Shown here in pieces: positions 34,130 to 47,094 of a stretch of 52,422 nt of DNA (within the stretch, counting starts at the first letter, position 1; every line of letters begins with the position of its first letter). The position numbers and the translations under genes are program-made. The notes under the pieces were generated by a model. That model did not search any database, was not told the origin of the DNA, and was given only the letters and a program-made list of their open reading frames with translations. The DNA comes from Octopus bimaculoides (lineage: Eukaryota): positions 8,278,621 to 8,331,042 of the forward strand of contig NC_069009.1 in assembly GCF_001194135.2 (NCBI RefSeq). The letters are read 5' to 3'.

Positions 34130-34495
34130 CATTATCGTCATTTAACGTCCGCTTTCCATGCTAGCATGGGTTGGACGATTTGACTGAGGACTGGTGAAAC
34201 CAGATGGCTACATCAGGCTCCAATCTGATTTGGCAGAGTTTCTACAGCTGGATGCTCTTCCTAACGCCAACCACTCCGAGAGTGTAGTGGGTGCTTTTAC
34301 GTGACACCGGCACGAGGTCCAGTCAGGTGGTACTGGCAATGGCCATGCTCAAAATGGTGTATTTTACGTGCCACCTGTACAGGAGCCAGTTCGGCAGCAC
34401 TGGCAACGATCTCGCTCAAATGCCTTTACACGTGCCACCGGCACAAGTGCCAGGAAGGCGATGCTGGGCACAGGTGCCATCATGATTTCGCTTTA
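34130..34495 (-). mobile_element. RTE-tail SINE / RTE 3' UTR copy
   Basis: TCCAACCCATGCTAGCATGGAAAGCGGACGTTAAA(TGA)n tail shared with 38480-38697, 39085-39215, 39730-39905, 40545-40715, 42295-42446 and 43569-43676. Confidence 0.75.
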
Positions 34496-35992
34496 AGCAT
34501 TAATATAAACATTAATATTTTTGCATTTAAAATAAATGGTAGATAAAAATAATTAAATTTTTTCCAATCACTTGCATAATAATTAGACTGGAGAAATGGC
34601 CAGGTAAACAAAAAGAAGTAGTGGAGAAAACAGAAATGGACAAAATCACTGGAGTTAATGTATCACATCACACCATACAATTCCTGTTTTTTTTTCATAA
34701 ACATACTAACTCCTTTCTATTCGTAAACATACTAACTCCTTTCTATTCGTAAACATACTAACTCCTTTCTATTCCTACTCTCTCCAGAATGTCTTGCCTC
34801 ATGGTAACTGCCTTCTCTCCTACTTTTGCACCCCACCTCACTCCTTCAACTTACCTTTGGATGTAACAGCTTGCTGTTCCAAGCCATCCTGCAACAGGAT
34901 AATGACCTACCAGTTTCTCACATTCATGTCCTCATGCAGGTTTGGAATTTACAAAAGCCTGCATACCTTGTCTCTCTTGAGTCCCAACACAGTGCCTCCT
35001 ATCATTTCCTCTGATGATCCACAAATTCCTCTGCCAACAGCATCGTCCCATCTACCAGAATGTATGAATTTGTAACCTGCTTCGCTTTAGTCACCTTCCT
35101 CAAGATCACCCTGAAAACCTTTATCGTGATTCTGGGTGCTGAGTTCAAACCAAACCCCAACCAAGTCAGATAGTATGTCCTTCTTTTTGTACCTCACCAG
35201 CTTGTGCAACCTCCACAATTTCTCATCTATGTGGAGATGCAGATATGACAACTTAAGATCAATGATTGTAGTCATCCTAGTCATCTACCTCCTTTCCTAC
35301 AGGGTTTCCTCACATATATCTGCTGCTTCGCTGCCCAAATGACTTGAGATGTGCTCATTCAACTCTCAAAAATCTAGCACTGACCAGGCTAGACCATGGT
35401 CATCATACACCTCCTCTTTCTATGGCATTAAAATACCCTCCTCAAATTAGTCGTCTGCCTCCCTCTTGAAATCATTCTTAGCCTCTCCTTTCAGGGTGTG
35501 CTTATAGCAAGTCACCTTGTTTCTCAACATCAGGGACTTCCTTCCAGAAGTACTCCATTGTCCATCATTTGCTGTCAAACTCAGCCCTTGTCTTCCTGTC
35601 TGTGATATTCCTTTCTTCAGAGTTTGACCCAATGGTTCTACAGCCTTCTTCTTCCACTACACACAAAGTAATCAAATGCTTATCCTTTTAAAATGGCAAC
35701 CACCTTAAGAGTAGCAGAATCACCATCCCACTACATCTACTTGTTCAAAGCAGTTTGCCAATGGACCCTCAGCAACAACACACAAGGATAAACTCAGTGA
35801 CTCATGGCCTAAATTCAGGCCATGACAGACAGTGAGGATGTTCTTGAGGCCAAGGATTTGAACTTGTCTGGACTTGTGTCTCAGAGGTGAAATTCCATGG
35901 TCATTCATGATGGAAGCAGGTCTAACGAAATCAGAGCCAATTTTGAGTTAGTTTTGATCCATACACTCATGGCCAAAAGTTTTGAACATAGG

Positions 35993-36362
35993 TGTAGGAG
36001 TGGCTGTGTGGTAAGTAGCTTGCTTACCAACCACATGGTTCCGGGTTCAGTGTCACTGAGTGGCACCTTGGGCAAGTGTCTTCTACTATAGCCTCAGGCT
36101 GACCAAAGCCTTGTGAGTGGATTTGGTAGACGGAAACTGAAAGAAGCCCATTGTATATATGTGTGTCTGTGTTTGTCCCTCCAACATCGCTTGACAACCG
36201 ATGCTGGTGTGTTTACGTCCCTGTAACTTAGCGGTTCGGCAAAAAAGAGACCGATAGAATAAGTACTAGGCTTACAAAGAATAAGTCCTGGGGTCGATTT
36301 GCTCGTCTAAAGGTGGTGCTCCAGCATGGCCACAGTCAAATGACTGAAACAAGTAAAAGAGT
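35993..36362 (+). mobile_element. SINE family A, near full length
   Basis: Colinear with 7403-7925, with no gap. Confidence 0.88.
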
Positions 36363-36581
36363 ATAGATCTGAAAATTAGAATTTTTACTGAATGCCCAAA
36401 GTTGTATTTAATATATAACTGACCTTTGAATCAGTTATTAGGTCAGTATATCTCTACATTGTGTATATTTGAATCAAGTTGTACTTGGGCATAATTTTAA
36501 TTTTTTTTTAAATGTTCCACACTTTTTGCCATGACTGTATAGCAATTTAAACAATAAGAAAAAAATAAAAATGCTATTTTT

Positions 36582-36728
36582 AAGATCACATGCCTTAAAG
36601 GGCTCAGAGCCTTATCTTTTCTGTTCTTTCTACAACAATGGCTAATTTGTATCTTAACTTTTAGCACACAGCATTTTCTCTGCCACTGCCCTATTACCAC
36701 AGGGGAGAAAACTCATACGGTAACAGTG
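36582..36728 (+). repeat. Copy of the Chapaev-like 3' end (direct repeat of 37987-38145)
   Basis: Near-identical about 145-bp segment; this copy ends GGTAACAGTG, consistent with a CACTG terminus. Confidence 0.75.
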
Positions 36729-36920
36729 TACTAAAGTTTAAGATGGTGAATTTTCTTCTGGATCAGTAGAGTGGATACACAAAATATCCCTGTTTTATTT
36801 GTCTCTGGGAAAATAGATCTAGGGATAGACAGGTCATTAGAGAAAAGAATGTAATTGTAGAACATTTGGTTGACAGAAATAAGATCATTTTACCACCCCT
36901 ACACATCAAACTAGGTTTAA

Positions 36921-37128
36921 CCCTTTAGCATTCAGATTACCCTGTCAAATGTAGCACTTATCCATTCACATTGTTTTCAATTAATTATGTATTATCTTGT
37001 AGCTTTGCTGTGATCGCATATTTTCTGAATGACATTGTATAGTAGGTGTGAGAGGCCAGATCTGACTGGTTTAAACATAAAACAAGTAGAATATTTTGGC
37101 CTGATATGGCCAGTTTAAATGCTAAGGG
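36921..37128. mobile_element. piggyBac-type MITE
   Basis: TTAA|CCCTTTAGC ... GCTAAGGG|TTAA. Confidence 0.85.
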
Positions 37129-37412
37129 TTAAATATGGCAATTAGTATTAAAATATTGAACCAGAAAGGTGTAGCTGTATGCAACGTTGATTGGTTATGC
37201 ATGTGAGACTGTGTGCAATTGAGACGAAATGAGATTTTATCAATGTTGCACAAGTCGTACTGAAGTCAACTTTTATCTTTTACTTGTTTCAGTCATTAGA
37301 CTGCGACCATGCTGGAGCACCTCTTTGAAGAACTTTTAATTGAATGAATCAATGCCAATACTTTTTAAGTCTGGTTCTTCTATTTTGGCCAGTTTAAATG
37401 CTAAAGGGTTAA

Positions 37413-38145
37413 ACAAAGAATGGGCCTGCTTTGACTACATATGTAGAAAGTTTCCAGCACTGAGCATGAAGCTGAAGGAAGGTCGTTTTGATGGGAGACA
37501 GGAAGCTCATGAAATCTCCACATTTTCAAGATTCAATGAACAATGCTGAGGCGGTTGCATGGTCTTTGTTCACTCTGGTTGTAAGAAATTTTCTTAAGAG
37601 CCATAAAGCAGGTCCCTACTTTGAATTAGTGGAGCATATGCTCTCTTCTTTCCATCAATTCAACAGTAATATGAGCATCAAAGTGCATTACCTCCACAGT
37701 CACTTGAATTATTTCTCAGACAACCTTAGTGACTGAAATGATGAACAAGGTGTATGATTTCACCAAGATTTAAGAACTATGGAAGATAGGTCTCAGGAAC
37801 ACTGGGATACCCATATGATAGTGGATTACTGCTGGACCATTCAATACAATTGTCATGAGGCAGCTTACCACAGAAATTTGATGAAATGCTGCCTTCATGA
37901 GACATCTGAGTCAATGAACATTATATCAACAATAACTTTCTATGCTCGCTTCACTATTATCTGATTTCTTGGATGTAATTTAAACAAAGATCACATGCCT
38001 TAAAGGGCTCAGAGCCTTATCTTTTCTGTTCTTTCTACAACAATGGCTAATTTGTATCTTAACTTTTAGCACACAGCATTTTCTCTGGAATTGTTTTCCC
38101 TGCCACTGCCCTATTACCACAGGGGAGACAACTCATACGGTAACA
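37413..38145 (+). mobile_element. Second Chapaev3-like transposase 3' fragment
   Basis: CFDYICRKFP..KLKEG.F.G, AW..F..VVRNFL, NMSIKVHYLHSHL.YF.DNL..DEQG..FHQD..ME.R.Q..W....DYCW. Confidence 0.75.
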
Positions 38146-38169
38146 TAATGCACCTACAGAAGTGAGGCA

Positions 38170-38697
38170 TAAGAGGAATTCAGTGCAGTGTGCAAGAGTA
38201 AAGACTGCGTTGGTTTGTTCATGTGATGTGGATGAATGTCTACAGCTCCATAAAGAAGTGCTGACCTCTCGAAGTGGATGGAAATTGTGAAAGAGGAAAA
38301 CATGGGGTGAAGTCTGAAGGATGCTGAACTTTCAGACAAGATGACAATGGACTGAGATACCTGGTGGCTTGCTGCACTTAAGAAGATGTGTCCTCCACAG
38401 CAGAAGTGTTAGGGCTGCATCTCCTGGTGAAGAAGATTGGCCTGCAAGAAACCTGTGCCAGTGTCACATGAAAAGTACTCACGCTGGTGCCACATAAAAG
38501 TGCTTGTGCCAATGCCATGTTAAAAGCACCCAGCCCACACTGTAAATTGATTGGTGTTAGAAAGGGCAGTCAGCCATAGAAACCAAGGCAGATCAGACTG
38601 GAACATGGTGCAGCTCCCCAGTTTACCAGCTCTGGCCAAAGTGTCCAACCCATGCCAGCATGGACAACGGACGTTACATGATGATGTAACTTTATCA
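38170..38697 (+). mobile_element. RTE-like LINE 3' end
   Basis: Degenerate R.RWFGHVM.M..DS.IKKC followed by the shared (TGA)n tail; a second example lies at 40545-40900 on the minus strand (CWFGHVMFMDEDSCIKKC). Confidence 0.7.
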
Positions 38698-39266
38698 TAA
38701 ATAAACATGTTTCCCTTGCATGAAGCCATATTTTTTTATCAATAAGGCAACAATAAGGATTTGTAGTCATCAAACCTTGTGCCTGGTTGGTTATATACAT
38801 AACAATTAGAGATATAACATATCTTGATAACCAAAGCTAATGGAAGAAAAAATATCTATGGTATATTCAGAATCCAATATTCACCATCCAGGGCTTCATT
38901 ACTCCTGAAAGAGGAACCTGTCTCTGGCCAGTCTTGGCCATGTAGTGGGTGAGATTATCTTGCTATTTTGTTTTTGGTCAGCCCACTTGATCTGGTCTAT
39001 TCCATCATCCTGATTGTCCTTCAGTCATGCAATGAGGCCAGCCTATCTAAATTTCTCATTGTGTATATATATATATATATATATCATCATTTAACGTGTT
39101 TTCCATGCTAGCATGGGTTGGATGGTTTGACTGAAAAGTGGTAAGGTGCACCAGGTTCCAACCTAATTTAACATGGTTTCTTACAGCTGGATGCCTTTCC
39201 TAACAGCAACCACCCCAAGAGTATAGTATGTATACATCTCTCTCTCTCTCTCTCCATATATATATA

Positions 39267-39303
<37 letters not shown>

Positions 39304-39313
39304 NNNNNNNNNN

Positions 39314-39354
<41 letters not shown>

Positions 39355-39357
<3 letters not shown>

Positions 39358-39590
39358 TTTTCCTTGTGTTACTTCTGCAGGTCTTGTCATGTTTGTTTTT
39401 GTCTCTGTCCTTTTACTCTTACCAGCAGCTTTTTGTTGTTGGCAAGACTAAAAATGAACAATGTTATCATTAAAGGTATGAAATTGGAAGGATTTTTGGA
39501 TGATACCTGACAAGGAAAGATTGTGTCCATGTCTTGGGTGTAAATTTTCTGTTTGTTCCTTTGTTGTCTTTTAGGTCACTTTTTGATGTC
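39355..39590. repeat. Unclassified interspersed repeat following (CA)n; second copy at 47722-48035
   Basis: Shared TTGTGTTACTTCT.CAGGTCTTGTC..CAGCAGCTTTTTG..AAAAATGAACAAT.TTATCATTAAAGGT.TGAAATTG. Confidence 0.7.
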
Positions 39591-40974
39591 ATGGAGTGTT
39601 GGGCCCCATAGAGGCAAAGTGGCCAAGTTCATTTCGAGTGTTGGGCAACATGGAGGCATGACCAAGACCTTTGGCATTATGTCATGCTTGAGAAGAAAAC
39701 CCATCAAGCAGAGCAAAATCAGTCATGCAAATGGCACATAAAAGCAACCACTACACTCTCAGAGTGGTTGGCGTTAGGAAGAGCATCCAGCCATAGAAAA
39801 CCGTGCCAAATCAGACTGGAGCCTGCCACAGCCTTCCAGCGTGTCAGCACAGTCAAACTGTCCAACCCATGCCAGCATGGACAACGGATGTTAAATGATG
39901 ACGATGACTCTTGTGTGCCATTGCATCCAGGCATTGGTTTCCTTGCCTAACATCTAAGGTTGTCTTCCCCAATGAAGTTAGCTTTGGTAAGACATGAACT
40001 CGGAATGTAAAGTGCTTGAAGAAACACAGCAAGACATTGTTATTCCTGGTGTTCTAATAAACTGATGAGGAAGTATCTCATGGAGATAGGGACTGATTGG
40101 GGCTTTGCTTGGTGGGTCACCCAACAGGACCTGGGAACATACCAAGAAACGGTGAATGCAACAGCATATGTCCTTGCACCTGACCTGACCTTCAATGATT
40201 CTGTCAGCTTAAACAATAGCAAATTTCAGATTTAAGTACAAAGCCAGCAATTTTGAGAAGAGGTGGAGTAAATCTCCCCAGCATTTAACTGGCATTATAT
40301 TTTATTGACCCCAGAATGATGAAAAGCAAAGATGACAATGACAGGATTTGAACTCTGAACATAATGATTTACAACAAATACTGCAAGACATTTTCCCCAA
40401 TGCTCTAACGGTCCCTTCAATCTTTTAATAACAATGATGAGCTTCTAGTTTAGGCAGAAGGACAACAGTTTCTGACGGGAGGTGGTTTCTCTTTACCATT
40501 GTCTCCAGTACTTCACTGATACTTTTATTTCATCAATAATAATCATCATCATTGTTTAACGTCCACTTTCCACGCTGGCATGGGTTGGATGGCTTGACAT
40601 GGAGCAGCCCAGACTCCAGCTGCCTGTTGAGGCATGATTTATATGGTTGGATGCCCTTCCTAATGCCAACCACTTAACAGTGTATTGGGTGCTCTTTACA
40701 TGACACCAGCACCTGAAAGTGTGTGGAAGACAGTGATTTTATTTAGCTTAACATGTCTAATCAAGTCCAGCAAATTACCACATCTCCCAGTCCCTTGCCA
40801 ATCTTCCACAATTACAGCTCGGCACTTCTTTATGCAGCTGTCCTCATCCATAAACATCACATGACCAAACCAGCACTCTTCTTTCTTGTACACGTTTGAT
40901 GCCTCTTATACCCAGTTTTCCTCTTAAATCACTTACACTCTGGCATTCCCATCCAATGGATAATTCTTTCTATC

Positions 40975-42090
40975 ATAGGCACAAAGCCTGAAATTGGGTG
41001 ATGGACAAGTCAATTACATCGATCCCAGTACTCAACAGGTACTTATTTTATCAACCCCAAAAGGATAAAAGACAAAATTAACTTCAACACAATTTGAACT
41101 CAGAACGTAAATTTGGATGAAAATACCACTAAGGGATCTTATTTAAAACGGGGGCCACATTTTTCATTAATGTTTTACGTAGTGCTTTTGGTACTGAAAG
41201 ACTTTCAAACTTCGTATACTTATCTATTTTGTGTTATAGAACAGAAAAATATTTTTGTATTCGAATTTATTTCATGTAAAAAATTGTCTTATTTCGATAA
41301 TTTCAACCAATCACTGACGTCCACTCAGCCGATATACATTAAGTGCCGACTACATAAACAAACGATTCTTCGTTTTATTTGCTTTTTTCATTTTAAATTT
41401 GCTTTAACCCTAACCCTAAGGTTAGGGTTAGGGTTAATTGTTTCAGAATCGTTTGTTTATGTAGTCGGCACTTAATGTATATCGGCTGAATGGACGTCAG
41501 TGATTGGTTGAAATTACAGAAATATGACAACTTTAACATGGAATAATTTATGGATTTCTTTTTTTTTTAAGAAGACTAAGAGAAAAAGATGTTTTATATG
41601 ACACATTCTACCAGTGATCCAAGTTTCAAAGTGTTTCGTTAATGAAAAATGTGGCCCCCGTTTTAAAAAAGATCCCCACTAAGCACCTTGTCTGATGTGG
41701 TAATGATTCTATCAAGTCAATTGTATCGACCTCAGTGTTTCTCTGGCACTTAATTTATCGACCCTGAAAGGATGAAAGGCAAAGTCAACCAGGGCAGAAT
41801 TTGAACTCAGAACATATAGATGGATGAAATGCTGCTAAGCATTTTGCCAGGCATGCTAACAATTCTGCCAGCTTGCTACCTCATAGATAGTAATAAGAAC
41901 AATCCTGTCTATTTTAGGTACAAAGCCTGAAATTTTCAGGGAGGGGACTAGTTGATTACATGAATCCCAGTGTTTCACTGGTACTTGATTTATCAACACT
42001 GAAACGATGAAAGGTAAAGTAGACCTCAGCAGAATTTGAACCCAGAATGTAAAGACGGATGAAATGCCGCTAGGTATGCTAACAACTCTG
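40975..42090 (-). mobile_element. Cluster of SINE family B copies
   Basis: Repeated GATCCCAGT..TGGTACTT..ATCGACCC.GAAAGGATGAAAGGCAAAGTC..GAATTTGAACTCAGAAC blocks. Confidence 0.75.
41133..41676. mobile_element. Foldback MITE with a 6-bp TSD and central head-to-head telomeric repeats
   Basis: 38-bp TIRs 41133-41170 / 41639-41676; TSD CACTAA 41127-41132 / 41677-41682; inner 71-bp IR 41299-41369 / 41445-41515; core 41404-41437. Confidence 0.88.
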
Positions 42091-42119
42091 CCTGATAAGA
42101 TAATAATCATAATGATGAT

Positions 42120-42272
42120 GCTAATAGAAATTGGTAAAATGTGGAATCAGAACATAGGCACCGTAGGGATGATAGCAAAAGAGGCTGATTGTTCCATATC
42201 TCAGATACCAGAAAATCCCAAAACGGAAGAAATTCAAAAAATTATATCCTAAGAAAAATATTGTCTATGTAA
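42120..42272 (+). mobile_element. Second RLE-type LINE 3' fragment
   Basis: LIEIGKMWN..IGTVGMIAK....QIPENPKTEEIQKI..ILRKILSM*, directly after (ATA/ATG)n. Confidence 0.55.
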
Positions 42273-42578
42273 TTCCAAAAATATTATAAACTGTAAGCGT
42301 TAGGAAGGGCATCCAGCTGTAGAAACTCTGCCAAATTAGATTGGAGCCTGGTGTTGCCATCCGGTTTCACCAGTCCTCAGTCAAATCGTCCAACCCATGC
42401 TAGCATGGAAAGCGGACGTTAAACGATGATGAGGATGATGATGATGTAAGCATTATCAAAAGTATTTTTAAATATACATAATAGCAAATACCTTTTACTG
42501 TCATCTTAAGAACACACTATCATCTTACCATCATATTATTTTTAATCTATTTTATATTTTGACAGACATTCTCTAGAA

Positions 42579-42621
42579 CAGAAATTCCCAACCTGTAGTC
42601 TGCAAAGGTAGTACTGGGGGT
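42579..42621 (+). mobile_element. Probable Charlie-type MITE left end, rest in a gap
   Basis: CTCTAGAA target followed by CAGAAATTCCCAACC. Confidence 0.45.
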
Positions 42622-43649
42622 NNNNNNNNNNNNNNNNNNNNNNNNNNNNNNNNNNNNNNNNNNNNNNNNNNNNNNNNNNNNNNNNNNNNNNNNNNNNNNN
42701 NNNNNNNNNNNNNNNNNNNNNNNNNNNNNNNNNNNNNNNNNNNNNNNNNNNNNNNNNNNNNNNNNNNNNNNNNNNNNNNNNNNNNNNNNNNNNNNNNNNN
42801 NNNNNNNNNNNNNNNNNNNNNNNNNNNNNNNNNNNNNNNNNNNNNNNNNNNNNNNNNNNNNNNNNNNNNNNNNNNNNNNNNNNNNNNNNNNNNNNNNNNN
42901 NNNNNNNNNNNNNNNNNNNNNNNNNNNNNNNNNNNNNNNNNNNNNNNNNNNNNNNNNNNNNNNNNNNNNNNNNNNNNNNNNNNNNNNNNNNNNNNNNNNN
43001 NNNNNNNNNNNNNNNNNNNNNNNNNNNNNNNNNNNNNNNNNNNNNNNNNNNNNNNNNNNNNNNNNNNNNNNNNNNNNNNNNNNNNNNNNNNNNNNNNNNN
43101 NNNNNNNNNNNNNNNNNNNNNNNNNNNNNNNNNNNNNNNNNNNNNNNNNNNNNNNNNNNNNNNNNNNNNNNNNNNNNNNNNNNNNNNNNNNNNNNNNNNN
43201 NNNNNNNNNNNNNNNNNNNNNNNNNNNNNNNNNNNNNNNNNNNNNNNNNNNNNNNNNNNNNNNNNNNNNNNNNNNNNNNNNNNNNNNNNNNNNNNNNNNN
43301 NNNNNNNNNNNNNNNNNNNNNNNNNNNNNNNNNNNNNNNNNNNNNNNNNNNNNNNNNNNNNNNNNNNNNNNNNNNNNNNNNNNNNNNNNNNNNNNNNNNN
43401 NNNNNNNNNNNNNNNNNNNNNNNNNNNNNNNNNNNNNNNNNNNNNNNNNNNNNNNNNNNNNNNNNNNNNNNNNNNNNNNNNNNNNNNNNNNNNNNNNNNN
43501 NNNNNNNNNNNNNNNNNNNNNNNNNNNNNNNNNNNNNNNNNNNNNNNNNNNNNNNNNNNNNNNNNNNNTGGAGCCTGGTGTTGCCATCCGGTTTCACCAG
43601 TCCTCAGTCAAATCGTCCAACCCATGCTAGCATGGAAAGCGGACGTTAA

Positions 43650-43680
<31 letters not shown>

Positions 43681-44001
43681 CCTTTTGAAAATGAATAATC
43701 TGGTGTGTTTAGTTTAATGGCCTATCAATGTATACAGTAAGTTTCTTTGCCCTAGCTGTCAGGAAGACACTCAGAAACAAATAGAAACACAACTGAAAGA
43801 AGAAAAGCTCATAATAATAAATTCTTTCAAATTTTGATACAAGGCCAGCAATTTTAAGAAGGGGGTTAGCTGATTACATTGACCCCCCCCCCCCTACACA
43901 CAACACACTTGTCTGATTTACCTTTATTTAACAGTTTAGCATTCAAATTACTGTCAAATATATTTTATTTACATTGATTTAATCTGTAGTATCTCATATT
44001 C

Positions 44002-44590
44002 TTTTACTTGTTTCAGTCATTTGACTGCAGCCATGCTGGAGCACTGCCTTAAAAGGTTTTAGTTGAAGAAATTGATCCCAAGACATTCTATTGATTGCTT
44101 TTGCCGAACTGCTAAGTTACAGGCATGTAAATACACCAATGTCAGTTGTTAAGCAATGGTGGGGGAACAAACAGACACACACACATACATGACAGGCTTC
44201 TTTCAGTTTCCATCTACTGACTCCTCTCATAAGGCTTCGGTCAGCCTGAGGTTATAGTAGAAGACACTTGCCCAAGGTACCATGCAGTGGGACTGAACAC
44301 AGAACCATGTGATTGGGAAGCAAGCTTCTTATTTCTTTATTGCCCACAAGGGGCTAAACATAGAAGGGACAAAGGGATTAAGTTGATTACATCGACCCCA
44401 GTGCGTAACTAGTACTTAATTTATTGACCCCGAAAGGATGAAAGGCAAAGTCAACCTCGGCAGAATTTGAACTCAGAATGTAACGGCAGGCAAAATACCG
44501 CTAAGCATTTTGCCTGGCGCGCTAACGATTCTGCCAGCTCACCGCCTGTGTGGTAAGAAGCAAGTTTCTTACCACACAGCTACAACTGCA
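44002..44590 (-). mobile_element. SINE family A copy with a nested family B copy (44335-44550)
   Basis: The family A sequence stops at AAGCAAGCTTCTT (44330) and resumes after 44550. Confidence 0.75.
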
Positions 44591-44774
44591 CCTATAATGT
44601 ACACACACACATACATATTCCTTGAGATTCCAATGAATGACATTTCAGGGTAAGTGTAAGAGACCAGATCCACCGGTTTGAACATAAAATAAGGAGAGTA
44701 TTTAGGTCAGATAGGGTTAGTTGAACCCAGCAAGAGCTAAACTCAAAATGTAGAGTCAGTAGAATTATTAATAA

Positions 44775-45468
44775 CTAGTTGAATGACTTTGCATTGCCTG
44801 GGTTACTTCTGTTCTTATTCTGATTAGTAAACAATAAATATGAAGATATACTTTTTCCTCATAATTATTTCAAAATATCTATATTTTATTAAAAAATATC
44901 CAAATTGTAAAGATAATAGAACCTAGAACTGAAAATCTTGAAGCACCTCAGGCTAAACGATATTCATTGTGTAATTTTTTGTTGGTGTCCAAATGAATAA
45001 ATTGTTGCTGCTTCCAACTTGTGAACAAACAACATAGAATTGGCTGTGGGAGAAGCATGTAGTAGAGAGATCAAGTCCAACAAACTTGAGGGTTTGACCC
45101 TGAGATTTGTTAATTGAAATACCAAAACTTAGTTTGACTGGAAACTGAAGCTTCTTAAATTCAAATGGAACATCTGTAGGTATGAGAGGAATTTTTGGAA
45201 TAAAGATGTTTTCTCCTTTGTGACTACCTGTTATGATTGTTGCCTGTAGGACATGGGGCTTCATGGAAGTAACAATTAAGCAAGTTCCATTACACAGGTG
45301 AGATGGGTCAAGATTCTTAAGCAACATACTGGGAGCACCCAGTTTTAGTGTGAAGTTATGCAGTGGCATCCCATTGGGTTTAAGTGTATTCAGAAATTCA
45401 AAAGGGTGAACTGATCGAAAAGTCATTTCTGATGTACCTGTTAACTTTTGAAGAAGTTCATCAGCCAT
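44775..45468 (-). mobile_element. Helitron 3' end (PIF1-like helicase C-terminus and terminus)
   Basis: EFLNTL.PNGMP.H..LK.GAP.MLL.NLDP..LCNGT..IPKIPLIP...QFPV.L.F..SINKSQGQTL..VGLDL; decayed hairpin then CTAG|T at 44778-44774. Confidence 0.9.
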
Positions 45469-46420
45469 TTTGGAATAACTCTTTCACAGCCAGTTTATAT
45501 TGTTGTTATTGACAATCACACACACACACACACATATGCTAAGACAAACATACATTTACGCACACCTCAAGGTAAATAATATTCATTATATACTTATTAT
45601 ATATGCATGTGTGAGCTGATTCTACACTTTTGTGGGACATCACTCACTCTCTCTCTCTCTCTGAATATCTAACACTTGAATTGTATTTCTCTCTGTATAA
45701 AGGCCTGTCTCTTTCTCTTTAGATGTGTGTCAGCTATCACTAAAATGTATGTATACTCACACATATATTTGTCAGTCATTACATATGTATATGTGTAGAT
45801 GTGTGTGTGTGTGTTTAATTCTATGGGGCCTAACATATGTGACAAATGTGCAAGCACACACACTCATATACACATATGTATATGTGTGTGTGTTTAATTC
45901 TCTGAGGCCTAACATACGTAATGAATGCACAAACACACACAGACACATATACAAAATGTGACATCGTTGTGGTGGTATAAAATGTCCTTTACTATAGTTA
46001 GCTATGGAAAAATTATTTAGATAAAATATTATATTGTTTTAATGGAAATGAAAATAAAAATTACATGTCGACACTCCCGGGGTCCAATACTATAACATTG
46101 TAAAATTTGATTTGATTTGGTCAAGCTGTTTGAGAATGCATAGGAAATAGACAGACAGAGAGACAAAGAATTTATATATAGAGAGAGATAAGCTTTTATT
46201 AGTCACAAGTGCCAAAGAATATCTTTGGTTCAAATTTTGGTAGAAAAACAAGGGAATATGTATGTGTGTATGCATTGATGTTTATGGCAGTATATGTGTG
46301 TATGAAGTGTTGGTGTCTAGTAATGGTGTGTGAGTTTGAGAGTCAAACAAGTCAATAGAAGTCATCCTCAAGATTCATCCATTTAACTTCCATCCCGAAT
46401 AGTCCTAAAGTAGTATTTAA

Positions 46421-47043
46421 CTATATTGTTACCATATTTCTGTTGAGATGCTCAGTGTTTCATTCAATTAATTTTAAATATAACAAAGAATTTAATAAAA
46501 TAACTTAGTTATTATTAAGCTAGTGTTAGGAACATAAATTGTGACTAAGGTTTGGTGGAAGATTTTTATTCAGAACTTTTGAAAACAAGACATTTGTACT
46601 ACAGAGCCAGAAGTGGTTTCAGGTGGGTTGGTATCAAAAGGGTTAACCCTCTTGCATTCAGATTACTCTGTCAAATGTAATGCTTATTTATTCACATTGT
46701 TTTGAAATAATCACAGCTTATCTTGTGGCTTTGAGATTTCAATGACATAATTGTATTACATTAAAATGACATTGTAGAGTAGGTATGAGAGGGCAGATCT
46801 GGCCAGTTTGAACATAAAACAGGTAGAATATTTTGGCTCAATATGGCCGGTTCAGCCCTTTAGCATCCACAACTACTCTTTCAAATGTAATGCTTATTTA
46901 TTCCTTAGTTTCAAGATTTCAATGATGTGATTGTTTATCTTTAAAATGACATTGTAGGGAAAGTGGAAGGGACCAGATCTGGTTCGGTTGAACATAAAAC
47001 CAGAATATCTAGGCCAGATGTGACCAGTTTAAATACTAAAGAG
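46421..47043. mobile_element. Stacked TTAA-targeting (piggyBac-type) MITEs
   Basis: First family 46421-46642 ends AAAGGG|TTAA, which is also the left TSD of the second family starting CCCTC at 46647; a partial third copy starts about 46855. Confidence 0.7.
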
Positions 47044-47094
47044 TTGAATGTATCATGGCAGTTCTTAAGATATGTCTTAAAATTTTGTATTTTT

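Noticed and set aside
34190-34215. CTGAGGA-CTGGT-GAAAC in the RTE tail
   Set aside because: Five nucleotides cannot form stem II, and no GUH/stem I follows.
34780-35900. Moderate-GC stretch suggestive of an old LINE
   Set aside because: No motif could be identified with confidence in any frame.
42342-43650. 82-bp identical segments (42342-42423 and 43569-43650)
   Set aside because: One copy abuts a gap and a near-identical copy is at about 34140-34225, so this is a young repeat or assembly overlap, not a special structure.
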